Positions 12,814 through 25,900 of a DNA stretch of 64,000 nucleotides are shown in pieces (the first letter of the stretch is position 1; each line of letters opens with the position of its first letter). Origin of the DNA: Tubiluchus corallicola (lineage: Eukaryota > Animalia > Priapulida); assembly GCA_030141605.1 (NCBI GenBank), contig JAQGDQ010000229.1:248001-312000 (forward strand). Direction: 5' to 3'. Both the position numbers and the translations under genes were made by a program. The notes below the pieces were generated by a model, which searched no databases, had not been told where the DNA came from, and saw nothing but the letters and a program-made list of their open reading frames with translations.

Positions 12814-15577
12814 CTACAGTAAGCATAGCAAAATAAAGTGCAGATTAGTAAAACCTTAGATTGCACTTACACTTGATGTCAGTTTTGAATGAATTAAGCT
12901 GGTTCAATATCAAAGTGCTTAACAGCCTACATTTTTTTGTCTGTTTAAGTTTTAAATCTTTGGCTTTAATATTGATTTTAGCCTTTGAACACCTTTGTAT
13001 AATATATAAGGATGTTAGTTATTTTATATCGAAAAATACAGTTCTAATCTGAGATCTGAAGGTCCTGATCATCATTAATGTACCACACCTGGGCTGATGT
13101 CTTGGCTTGTTATGTTAACTAACTTGACAGGTCACAAAATAGTACTGTCAACCTGGTCAGTCCAGTTTGGGATCAACCTTACTTCGTGAAATCTATTGTT
13201 TTGTTAAGCTTTTTTGTCATTACTTTGACAATGCGTTTTCAAGACCTCACCTCGAGTCATCTCATGTCGTAGTACTTCTTATGTTACTGCTTTTCATATT
13301 TTTTACCCTAGATATTCCAAGATGCAGAATGGCTGCTTCTAAATCCTGTTCGGCCTCTTATCCAAGAACTCTGTTTGCGGTACAAAAAAGTTACCTCCTA
13401 TGAGAGGAAAGTTAACAGATACTTCGTATTACTAGCACAGTAGCTTGTTACAATTATAGGAATTTTCTGAGTATGTATTCATATTTCCATCCTTTTACAA
13501 TGAGTAGCGGTTGGCCTAATTTTGGACACGTTATATAAAAAAAGCACAGCACCTTTTGATAGGTTGATCGGTGTAGTACAACTTCACAATTCACAATACT
13601 TGCATTCATATTTTCTGAAAATCTAACAAATTGGGTTGCAATCAGGTATTGACGTCAAACGTATTCGTATCTATCGCTCCGCCACCGTTGTAACGTAACC
13701 ACGCTCATCAGCATTCAGGACAACAGTTCACGCAGGACAACAACTGTCTAAGCTAAACTAAACTAAACATCATGACAGTCACAACTAATGTCTAATCAGC
13801 AGATAAACTTATTGCACTTTTTCATAAACACAAATTTGCAAGAGCAGCAGCTATTTTTACACGAAATTGACACTTCAAGTAGCCAAAAAATCACTTTTCA
13901 ATTTAAACAGAATGTAGAGACGAAGCTTCAAAGCACTACAAAATACAGAGACATGTATAATAAAGAAACTGAACCAGTTTGCCTTGCTTCACAATAAACG
14001 AGCAATATTAAGTCTTTAGGCACGAAACATTAAGGCACAAACGTCATGCCTGCGACGTATTTTTCTATATTAACTGATCCTGTGCTCGTCTGCAAGATTT
14101 ATTTAGTTTTTGTATTTTTCCGCTTGTCAGGTTACGGAAATGGAATAAATTTGATAGTTCCATTCCATGGACGACCCTTATATTGAATGCCCGAGTGTCA
14201 ATGGCATCTTTGTACCATAATTATAACCAGAAAAAAGGCGTAAAATTAACTAATATTACATTGATGTATAATATAAGTTTTGACCACATTTGAATTAATT
14301 TTGACTGCGAAGATCTCATTAAGGTTTAAAAAACTAGCCAGAAAAGAAAACACTTTGTTTTGTCCCTATTTAAAATTAATCAAATTGTTGTTTTCGTCTA
14401 ACTTGCAAAGCCATAAACTAAACTAAACTACGTATTTTCTTGATTGCGAAATGGTTTAATCAGCCACTCATAGACGTAAGCGTTGTGCATTTCTTCCTAT
14501 AAACGAAACTCGACCATGTATATTTCCGCTAATTCACTTGCAATTTCAATTGACAATAATAAAATCTAGAGCCAGGCCAATATTATATCCCGCTAACTAA
14601 TGAAAAGTTGAGCATTTTTTATAACAGTATTAGACGCAGCTGTAGCTAAATGTCCCGAACGTACCTGCGTTAATTAAACTCTGCAAGGGTGCGAAATAAC
14701 TTGCACGCTGATTGGGCAGTCAACGAAAATGATTGACATTATGTTAGACGTCATTTTGTTAATGTGGTCAATATTTGCCTAAAGTTGTTAATGCAGCAAT
14801 CTGCTTATCCTACACCTAATTAACGTGTTTGTTGCCACCACTGTTAGACTAATATACATACTTCCTCTATAATTAATTTAGTATGACAGGGCTTTAGCTG
14901 TTAAGACATGACAATGTCTGATGAGTGCTTAATTTCCATTATTAAACCCTTCACCGTGACACTAAATTCTCATGTGGTGTCACCTAGTGACTGGAAACAA
15001 CAAATCGCGATTTTTATTATTATGCTATTTTAATGCTATCTTAAAAAAAGCTAAAGCAGAACGTTAACTTGCCATTTTTATCTTTAACAACAGTATTTTG
15101 AACTAGTGGCTTACACTTACAGTGCTCACAGTGCTAACTATTTTACCACTTCAGCAAAGCTTTTACTGAAATAGAAAGTCTACAGAGAAGTCGAAGCCAA
15201 CCAATTGAATTACCTCCCTTGTAAGTGGAGATCAGATGGCAACAGCTCTCAATAGACTAGTGCGTAAATGGCCTACATCGGAGTATTGAGAGCTAAACTT
15301 GACGTACATGTAATTGGACAGGCAATATACGTGTGCAGTACAAAGCATTTTTGCCCCACATTTAACTGGATTTACATCAAGTGAAGTTATTACGACCTAC
15401 AAATGCAATTTTGTTCTGTACCCAATACTCTCTCTTCATTTTCTCTAAATGATAAACCAAAGTTTAATGGACGTGTAATTATATTAGACGCATTATCTCT
15501 AGGTCTACGTTTTCATTAACGCAAGAGATTATCTGCTAGACTGTACTCGAGTTCCAATTTGCTGGCAATAAAATTAC

Positions 15578-15688
15578 CCGTATCGTTATCCCATTCCAGG
15601 TCTAATGAGGAAGCTGGTGTTCCATTATTTTGTCCTTGGAGGCGAATGCTGCTGTTGCTTGTTGTTTCAGATCCGTTTCCGTTATTAT
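15578..15688 (-). CDS. AP1AR: AP1AR-like exon with acidic-Trp motif
   Basis: ttttcatttccag/gtaatt; DNNGNGSETTSNSSIRLQGQNNGTPASSLDLEWDNDT (cf. AP1AR SLDLEWEDEEG); phase 1 to 1; absent from the ORF track. Confidence 0.82.
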
Positions 15689-16706
15689 CTGGAAATGAAA
15701 AACTATTCAGTGTTTCACAGAAAATTCAGGAATCAGAAGTTTTTATTGTTATAGCTTCATTGTTATTGTACAATTACACCATATTATTACAGTAAACCCA
15801 AGAGGGTACAATAAACAAATATAGGTGGGTGCTATATTATATTTGTGTATTAAACTTCAGTGATAAAACAGCGATTTGTGAGAAAATGTAGCAGAAAGAG
15901 AATCTTCAAATTCCTGGTGGTCAGTTTGGGTCTAGAAAAAATCTGGTTTGTTCCTTCACTCACTCACTCTATCCGGACCCACTTTTTCAACTACAAATGT
16001 ATAATTATATCCAATTGAATTGAAATTTGATTGCATGATTAGCTGGTATGTTCTCGGTTCAAAACAAAAAAAATAGCAATCTCTTTGTTAATTAACTAGA
16101 GCTGTTTAATTTTAAATTGACTCAATGAAAGGCATTAAGAGCATGTCTTTAATCAGTTCTAGTGTATTTTAGTCTGCAGCTGCATAACATACTCATTAGC
16201 ACGTTTTAGGTAGTGTACAGTGATTTATTTTTGCAAACCTTGATGCTTGAGCATCGCTTGAAGTTGCACGAGTTGTGTAAGTTTTTGCAGCTTTAAAAAA
16301 GCTTGAAAACCAAATCCCGTAACTGAACCACAGACCTTCGAAAACAGGTACGTGTCCTAACCACTAGTCTTTTGTCCTCAGATGCCATTTTTGTCATAAT
16401 TTTTCACCACAAGTACCACAACAATCATTTTCTAGTGTATTTAATTAAAATTTGCTAGCTAATTTTTTGATCTCTGATGCCATTTCTGCCGCAAGTTTTC
16501 ACCATAAGTAACATCTTTAGATCATATGCCAAACATCTTAACTATAGGGCGGCTTGGGCCATACGTTCTTGTGCAGTCTAGGCTTGTTCGAATTCTGCTT
16601 CAGCAGACTACAACTTTCCGAGATCTTCAGATGTTTAATTTACGAACAATTGCAGCAAACAATTTGGGAATTATGTAAACGTAAAAATTTGTCAATTAGT
16701 ACGAAC

Positions 16707-16962
16707 CTTTGAATAAGGCCCTAGAAGCTAAAGACTTGGCTGTTAATCCTGCCATATACAACTCAAACTCATATGGACTAGTAAACCTGTTACGGTCCAT
16801 GTCTGTGAGCCATGACTTGTGACAGGGTTTCACAGCAGCCAGTCTAGCCGGGTTCATGATGGTTTCTTGCGTGCCCGCCAGACGCGCCACTTTCGCCGCT
16901 TCTGCGTCGGCTTCTTGGCGGGCTTCGGTTTCCACGAATAATTCGGCTTCTTCCAACGCATT
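16707..16962 (-). CDS. AP1AR: AP1AR-like exon, coiled-coil region
   Basis: tttttacag/gttcgt; NALEEAELFVETEARQEADAEAAKVARLA (cf. LRLEEEALYAAQREAARAAK); GC-richer than flanks; phase 0 to 1. Confidence 0.8.
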
Positions 16963-17674
16963 CTGTAAAAATCCATGTTTATTACTGGCAATTAATTAAC
17001 TAATCAAACTATTATTAACAAATATGCAAACTTGAAAAAATGAACCCAGAGAATGGAAAAATATAAGGCATTACCTTCACCTTCGCTAGTTGAAAATGCA
17101 CTAGCCTATGTCCTTTTCCTTAGCTTTGTTACAATGTTGTTCAGATTGAACACTTTCTAACAGAAAAGTTTTTATGTAACTCTGGTTGACGTTATTTATT
17201 GAATTAACTAGGACCATTCAAACACCAGCAATGATTTTTTGCAAAGTTTTTGTGTACGCTATTTAAGCGAAGCTTCGGGAATTGACTTGTTCCAGAAAAC
17301 TTTTCTCTTAGTGATGCGATAAAAGTAGACCTATCATAAAATAAATGGTATTATTAATACAAACTGGGCATTAATCTACGGCTTACGTTTAGAAGTATAA
17401 ACTCATTAGACTGACGAATCAGTTATGCGGTAGGCGTAAATGCCATAATGTTTTTACATGTTACAAGTCGATTGCCTTCTTTAGTTAAATCCACATTCAA
17501 TTATAAATGTTAAATGTAGGACGTATGAAGCTACAGTTGGATGACTGAAACAAATTAAAAATTGTAACAATGACTATTCGTCGCTCGTAGCAACGGAGAC
17601 AGGAAAGAGTCTGAATAGAAGTTTAATACTTGGCGTACATAACAAAAAGGTTTAATACTGTGAAATTTGCTCAC

Positions 17675-17708
17675 CTTTTTACGTTTCCGTAAATTTATTT
17701 GTGATATG
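17675..17708 (-). CDS. AP1AR: AP1AR-like 34-nt exon (ISQINLRKRKK)
   Basis: Strong ttttcttttctttcaag acceptor and gtgagc donor; its only open frame (phase 2 to 0) is the one needed to join the flanking exons; no homology support. Confidence 0.6.
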
Positions 17709-20238
17709 CTTGAAAGAAAAGAAAAATTCATCGTGAAAGCTGTGAAATTGACAAAATAATCAATCGGTAAAATGTGCAGAAGTAGATTAGTAACAGAAGC
17801 TGTTAGGCGCATTTGGTTATTAATTTAACACTTATTGATTTTGATGCATTAATGGACAGAATTGTTTCAGTTTAGGACTTCATCTTAAAAGTTTAATAAA
17901 CAGGTAAATGTGACTTCAAACAATCAAATGAAAGTCGCTTATTTGAAGCTGAAAGAATGAAAGAATTCTCATTGAATCCCATAATTCAGTATTAGTTAAA
18001 TTTTGCAAGAGGTGCTACTTATTTGTTTTTGTTCATTCATTCATCAATGAACAGCTGCTTCTTGCACATAATGACATTTTTTAATTTGTTACTCATTCAT
18101 AATGATGGGGTTCCAAAACATTTTGCATGCTAAGTTTTTCAATCTGTAACTTCATTTTTTCGTTCGTTCATTCATTCCTTCATTCTTTTATCCACCCATT
18201 CATCGATTATTCGTTTGGGCATACGTTTATTAATTTGTCAGTTTGCTTATTTTTCCGCTCTTTCAATCATTTGTTCGCTCACTGATTTAGCCACTAAATC
18301 CATTTAATAATTTGTATTGTTTACCTAAATAGTGAATCACTCGGGCGCTTACGTAATCGCTTGTTCACTTGTCGATTTGCTCATTTGTCTTTTTATTCGT
18401 TCATTTATTCGCTCGTTTTTTCACACGTCTTTTGCTATGTGCTTCTTTAAAGTTTTCAGAAACGTGCTTGATATGATTCCGTGGAAACATTTGTATTGCC
18501 ACCACTTCTGTATCACTATGCCGCTCAAATATTTTTCAAAAATCATTATTCCACCACCCCCAGAGACCTCTGTGGCGTTAAAATCACGCCAAATCATTAA
18601 ATGAAACAATTAACTCCTCTCTTGTGATGTGGGGAGTTCAATTTCCTCCGCAGACTAGAGTGCTTTTCATCAAACTTCCGTTATACTGTTTCATTTTAAA
18701 CGAACTATGATGGACAGCAGATGACTTTGATGTCGGCAGGGCAATTGCCTAATGGATGGCAAGGGGCAGTGGTGTCATTCACAGAGGGGCTCTTTTAACC
18801 CTGCAGTGCTATATTGATAATTATGCACATACAAGGTGGATTGCCAGTAGGCTATAAAACCACATAAGTGGAAACGCTCTTTGATGGAATTACATTTCAT
18901 TTAATACACTGTGTAACATCTAACAAGCTTAACAGAACTTCGTGAGTGAAAAACGATGCAGTAACGCAGGGCATAGAGGGACACTTAAAGAAAAACACTT
19001 CTACTTCTAGAAGCTACACAGTTACTTTCCAACAGGCTTTATTCTGTCTGTGTATTCTCCTTAAAAATACTTTTATTACTGGCCTTTCAAACGGTATCAT
19101 ACTTTTAACTGTAAAATATTATAAGCACTTTGAAAAAATAAAAATCGGGGCATAACGAGACCCCAAGTAATACAGCGAGATGCCTACACCTAACAATACT
19201 CTCTGAAGAACGATTATGCCTAAGGATGACAAAGGAAATACATTAGATACATTGAAAGTGCACACATTACTGAGTATTAGTAGGTGAGGAGTAGTAGAGT
19301 TGGATAGCCTGATGGTTGGACGTGCATATAAACCTGTTGGACATCGTCCAAAATTACTAATGTTTCGCTTTATACTAATTCGCAGGTTTGCTACGTTTCA
19401 AGATCTAAAGATTTCGGTGACCGAGTTTGTCGAAATTTCACCAAATTTCATGAGCCAAGACGGTTTATTCTGATTATTCACACATGATTTGAATAAACAT
19501 GAAAATGCCATCTGTTTGTTAAAATACTGAGATTTGGTAGCACAGGCAACACTACTTTAGCGTGAAAATAACTAAACGATAGGCTTTTCTTAGCTGATAC
19601 TACTATAGTACTTACATTCTCTTAATGCACTAGTGGCTACATAAACATTTTTTAGAAAAGCTTTTTCCACAGAATCACAAAGTTAGCTCTGTGTGCTTGC
19701 GCGGTGCGATTTTTTTTATTTTTCTGCTACAAAGATAAATCTGCAAACCCAGCGAAATACAGCCAAACAAAAAGCGCGCTCGGGGCTTCTAAAATCGAAT
19801 TTAACGGTCCGTTGTTAGAAGCAATTACATTACTTAACCTGCTCTTTACAACCTGATAAATACTTGTGTAAAAAGCATTCTCAGGTATGCTAACAGAAAT
19901 AGCTGATTATTGAGTTATTTGCACTTGTTTTATGAGCTTAATTGGTTGACAACGTGCTTAAACACACTCAGGTGTTGTACTGATTAAAGCCAAAAATGAA
20001 AATAACTGTGTTAAAGTGATTAACGAGGCGCTCGTTATGGCCGCCTGAAAAGTTTTATTGATCGCTTTTTCTCGCAAAAATTCTGGGTAATCATGAGCCA
20101 TGGCGAATATGCTCAATTAAGCTGCAAACATTACGCGATGTTTTACAGGAATCATTATTAAAATAAATGCAGGTTTTCTGACGCAATAAATTAACTCGGC
20201 CGTCTTAATTAAAATTTAAAGGAAATGAGCACTCGCTA

Positions 20239-20250
20239 TGCGCATGCGCA
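20239..20250. promoter_or_regulatory. Perfect NRF1-type palindrome TGCGCATGCGCA
   Basis: Exact 12-bp consensus in an AT-rich intron; function unproven. Confidence 0.3.
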
Positions 20251-21523
20251 AGCACAGCGAACTACAATTGCTTGAATATTTACAGTTTCAGTTTTTTGCT
20301 ATTTATTTTCACAGTTTTGTTCTTAAGCTAAAAATCAAAGACAAGTCTATCAACTGTTCAGTTTGAAGGCCAGCACAATAGTCAAAAGTGGTGTGGTATT
20401 GGTTGCAGAACTATAGGTCTACACTAACGGTACAGATAAATAAAACAAGATTGAAATTAAATTTAATGGAATGAAGTGGTTATTATAAAAGCACAGTGAT
20501 ATCAGTTGCACCAAATAGTCTCGTGCTATGAAATTCTACATTTTGGACGACATATATGACTTTTTCTGTGTAACATTTGTTTGCTCATAGTATTAATTTT
20601 GCTAGTGCACTGCTCTTTTAGAACATCATGTATAAATAGCCAAGTATGGCGGAGCGCTGTATAGCTAGCCTTTGAGTAAAAATGTACACATTTTTGTGTA
20701 ATATATAAATAATAGTGTAATATATAAATGAAACCAAAATTTTTCACACCTATAAAATTAAAAAATAACATGGTTTAATGCGATGGGTTAATAATGGAGT
20801 AAAAAACGTGAGGCCCGCTTTTACCGTGAAATTTAATTGAGTCTTTTGTTGCGATAAAAACACCTGTTTTCCATTAATCGATCCACATTTTACATTTGAT
20901 TAAAAATGAACTTGAGCATGAAATTATTAACCATTACAGGCTTTTCTAATGAATTATCGTCACGCTACTCTGTTACTAAGCAAATCTTGCTATATTATCA
21001 GCAAATAAATCACACATAGCGCATTCACAATACTATAAAATTTCTTTTGAAAAACCAATTTATATCACGCGAAATGTCCTCTTTCATGAAAATGTTCAAG
21101 TTCCTACTATGTTTCCTTCAGCAATAATTAAACAATGCTCTAATGAAGGCGGCAAAGAGGCCCAGGGTACCAAACTGGATTGTTGCAATCTTGTACCTCA
21201 TAACCAGTAGTGACGAACTAAAGATGCGAAGTGAATGCAGGAAATCTATAGGAAAAATTCAATCACATGTTCCTTATGCTGATTGCGATTTCGGAACAAG
21301 TGCTTATCTGCCCGTTCACCAACTGAATCGACAAGTCATTCCATGTCAGCGAATTTAAACCCGGTATGCAACGCTGATATGCTATGGCTTCGTAATAGGT
21401 CAACCATTGCAATATAAAAGGGATTTATGTGAAAAATTGGTTTCAGTGCAATACATCACAAACGAACGAACGAGCGAATGAGTGAGAGAGCAAGCAAACA
21501 AACACACAAACAAACAAATAAAC

Positions 21524-22729
21524 TGTGATGACCCTGATCCTGTATTTCCTCTAGGGGAATCAAAGAGGGGCATGCTGCGTTAGTTTTACATCTCATAACA
21601 GAAGGGAGCTAGTATGATAGTCACTAAATGTATGGATGCAGATCGGCCTAAGGCTGATGTTAAAAATACGGGGGACTATGGCCTATTTGCATTCTATACA
21701 CTAATGGATTGAAGAAAGAAAAAGATCAAATGGCAGACATTAAAATAATTAATCAAACAATTTAATCGTTAACAAATTCCAAAGTGATTCGATTTAAGCA
21801 AAAGTTCAGTAATAACAAAGATATAGCAATATTGACAAAGCTTGGGGTTAGTAGGGTATATACGTTTGCATAAAGTTCATGTCTGCCCACTATGTACCTA
21901 GGTTTTTTGGAACACCTTTCCTTTATAAAGCGAACAGTTTGTAGAACGGTAGCAATACGTCGTAATATAACCTCTGTGTCTGAATACAGTTGTGATTCCA
22001 AACTTCGTCAGAGAAACTACCAATTAGCCTTTACCCAGCAAGTAGCATCGAAGAACATTAGGCTAGTATACGTGATGTTTACGTTATCGGTGCGACGTTA
22101 GTTACGATCGTAACAAAAGCGAAAAGTACCTGTTACCACCCTGGATGTGGTTCTGTAGTAGGTCGATCCATTTGTCAGTCAGTGGGTAACTCCACTATTG
22201 CAGACTGCAAGCCAGCATCTCTGGACAACTCTGGTTGACGACTACAGGTTACAACAACTAGGCTCTCACAGTATCACCATGTACATTACACACCATATCT
22301 TGTGTGAAACTTTCTAGTACGGCATTTCTGTTCAAAAACACATAACTTCACAGAGACGAGTAAACGACCTGTCTCGTTCTGTGTCAAGTTGCTGTCTCTA
22401 TCTAAACAGTGTTAAACGAAGTTCGTCGAGAAGCCACTCGCTTAAACAGCTATAATTTTATTCACCTGTACACTATCGTTAACCTTGACTTAGCCACTGC
22501 ATTACAGCCGCGATAGGGCAGACAAGAGTGGGTCAGACGGAATTCCAAAGGGGGTTTGTTAGTAGGTGCCTACATCCTAACAAAATATCAATAATTAATA
22601 ATACAATTAACTATCACTGCCAGTAGCTAAATATCATACATATCAATTAATTAAATATACAGTATGAATAGGGCTTAATGTTGCATAAGCATAATGTGAG
22701 AACTATTAAATGTAGGGCGAAACATGACA
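21524..22729 (-). repeat. 3' LTR (1206 bp)
   Basis: Direct repeat of 28516-29720, preceded on the element strand by the PPT. Confidence 0.96.
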
Positions 22730-22732
22730 GAG

Positions 22733-22743
22733 TCCCCCTCTCC
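22733..22743 (-). other. Polypurine tract
   Basis: GGAGAGGGGGA 3 nt before the 3' LTR. Confidence 0.9.
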
Positions 22744-22951
22744 AAAAAGTGTGTGATGGACTAAAAAAGGACGTCACCACTTTAAATCTATATGCAACAT
22801 TAAAGTGAAAAAGAAATTGTGATAACCTTTCTCTGGCAAAAAAAATATATCAAAAAAAAGTTCGATCCATATTACAGATCACTTTGCTTTAAAGTTTCCA
22901 AGGTTCTCAAAAGGAAAACATGCTCTTCTATCAAAAAAGTGATAAAAGCAT

Positions 22952-25900
22952 TCACATCCTGCTAAGAGCATCGGCACATTCATTTTTTACTCCAGGAATG
23001 TGCTCAAGTGTAAAAGTATACTCCTGAAGGAGCAAAATCCATCTAGCAATTCTCTTGTTTTTAACTTTCATGTTTTGTAAGGGGACAAGTGATTTTGCAT
23101 CCGTTTTGACCACAAATCTTCGACCAACTAGGTAAAAAGAAAGTTTTTCAACTGAATAGACAATTGCCAAAAGCTCTTGTTCAATTGTTGAATAATTCTT
23201 TTCAGCTCTAGAGAGCTTCCTACTAATGTAAGTTATTGGTAGCTCATTACCTTGTGTGTCAAATTGTGAGAGAGTAGCACCGATGCTTGTGTCACTTGCA
23301 TCTGTAGTTACATCAAAATCAGGAGAATGAAGTATTGATTCCGTATTAATTGCATTACAAAGAGTAACAAATGACTGCTCACAGTCGTCATTCCAGACAA
23401 TAGTATTTGGTTTACACTTTTCAGTTAGCGCAATAAGTGGAATAGCAAGGTTTGAAAAGTTTTTAATGAATCTGCGACAAAATCCTACAAAGCCTAAAAA
23501 ACTGCGAACTTGTTTTTTAGTTTGTGGTCTTGCCATGTCTTTGAGTGCTTGTATTTTTGCAGGTTGTGGTCTGAGAACATTACAGCCAACAATGTAGCCA
23601 AGAAATTCGATTTCTCTTTGTGCAAAAGCACATTTAAGTGGCTTTATAGTTAGGCCTGCGTGCATGATGCATGTTAATACAAGTTCAATGTGGTAAAGAT
23701 GGTCTTTCCATGTCTGACTTTTAATAGCTACATCATCAATATAACCAGATGCACAAGTGATTACTGGTTCCAGGACTCTGTCGATCAAACACTGTGCTGT
23801 TGCAGCACTGTTACACAGGCCAAATGGCATGACATTGAATTGAAACTTGCCGAAATCTGTTATGAAAGCAGATATTGGTCGAGATTCGAGTTCTAATGGG
23901 ATTTGCCAATAACATTTTGTCATGTCCAAGGTGGTTATATATTGCGCACTATGCAATTGATCGATGGTTTCATCAATTCTGGGAATGGGATAGGTGTCAA
24001 AAATAGTAATAGCATTGATTTTACGAAAATCTATGCAGAAACGAATCGTCCCATCTCCTTTGATGACAATAACTGCCGGACTGGAATATAGACTATCTGA
24101 CTCCTCAATCACTCCAAGGTCTTTCATATTTTGCACTTCCAAACGCACTGCTTCTCTTTGCGCTTGTGGAATGCGGTAAGGCTTTTGAGAAATTGGTTTG
24201 TCAGAAGTAAGATTGATTTTGTGCTCAATTAGATTAGTTTTCCCAGGTATGTCGGAAAATACAATGGAGAATTTATCTAAAAGCTCAGTTAGTTCCTGTT
24301 GTTGTTGTTTGGACAGGTGAGTGGGTATTACCACATCTTTGACACTTTGTGTCGGTGTAACTAATGATGGAGGAAAACAATGATCAGGCATATCAGTTTG
24401 TTGTTTCAAAGACAACCAAATATCTGCATTATTGTCCTCACCTAGTTCAGGCTGCTTATCAGAAAAGTTTTTAAACTGTTCTTCTCTTGGCAGGATACTT
24501 TGTGCATAGAGAATTGTCTTTGCATCACGGGAAATATATTCCTTTAGATGATTGATGTGGAAGCATTGGGATTTCTTTCCTTTTTTCTGAATAGCTATCT
24601 CATATACATATTCAGATATTTTGCTCAACACCTCGTATGGACCTTGCCATGTTTTGGCCAACTTCTTCTGAGAAGAGGGAAGTAGGACTAGAACTTGCAT
24701 GCCTGGTTCTAAAGACCTATGACGACTCTTTTGGTCATACCAGTCTTTTTGTGCAACTTTAGCCTGCAACAACTGGTCATGAGCTTCTTCAGTTATGTCT
24801 TCGAGATGATCAATCATTTCGGCAACATAATCATCGAGTTCAACTGGGTTTGTAGACTTTTCTGAACCCCAGCGTTTTCTAAGGACTGCCATTGGGCCAT
24901 TTATTTGATGGCCATGCACCAGTTCATATGGACTGTATTTCAGTGACTCTTGCGGTACCTCACGGTATGCAAAAAGAACAAAGCACAGAAGGTCATCCCA
25001 TTGCGATGTTTTCTTGGCTAAGCAAAGCTTTTTAATAGAAGCTTTTAGGCTGCCATTAAAACGTTCACAAAGACCTTGACTTTGGGGTCTATATGGGGTA
25101 GAAAAAACTCCTTGAATGTGCAGTGCTGTTTCCAAGTCGCGAATCAGTGACGATTTGAACTGAGTGCCTTGATCAGATTGGATAATCGAAGGGATTCCAT
25201 ATCTACACATAAATTGTAGCAGACATCTGGCTACAGTGGAAGCTTCTGCATTTGGCATAGCATACGCATCTGGATAGCGTGTTGCTTGGTCGATTATAAC
25301 TAACACGTAGCGATTATTCCTCCTGGTCCTATTAAATGGGCCACAAATATCAATTTGAATACTGTCAAAAGCTTTCTCTATGACAGGTAGAGGTTTGAGT
25401 TTCATTCTGTCTCTTGTCATATTTCGAGCTGTTTTCTGACAAACTGGGCAGGATTGTACATATCGCTTTATCGAATTATGAATTCCAGGCCAGGTATAAT
25501 CAGATAAGATTCGTTGTCGAGTCTTTTTAATACCCAAGTGACTTGCCATCTCTGTATCATGTGCTAGCTGCAACACCTCAAGTCTTCGAGACTTAGGAAC
25601 TACCAACAATGTCTTCGTCTTGCCTTTCTTGTCTCTTAGAGCTCTGTGAAGAACGCCGGCTTCCAGGTAGTATGCATCACCCTTTTTCAGTGCTGTTTGT
25701 TTGCTAACAGCATTGTCTTGAAGATTCGTTAGGGTTACATCATCTTCCTGTTCCTGAATTAGCTGAGCTCTAGACAAGTGAGACAATGTGTCATTACGCT
25801 GATCACCTGTTTGCAAATGATCATCAACAGATGTGCAGGACTGTAAATTCAGATCTGCCTTAGTTCCATCATCCCCACTCGCAGCAGAAAACTCTCGTTG

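Noticed and set aside
14919-14930. CTGATGAG hammerhead-core-like motif (similar at ~30000)
   Set aside because: No downstream GAAA core or flanking stems
17075-17156. AG...GT-bounded segment on the minus strand as another AP1AR-like exon
   Set aside because: Stop codons in all three frames
21762-22101. Short ORFs inside the LTRs, and antisense ORFs within pol
   Set aside because: No recognisable motifs; the LTR ORF frame is changed by the indel between the two LTRs; no env-like ORF
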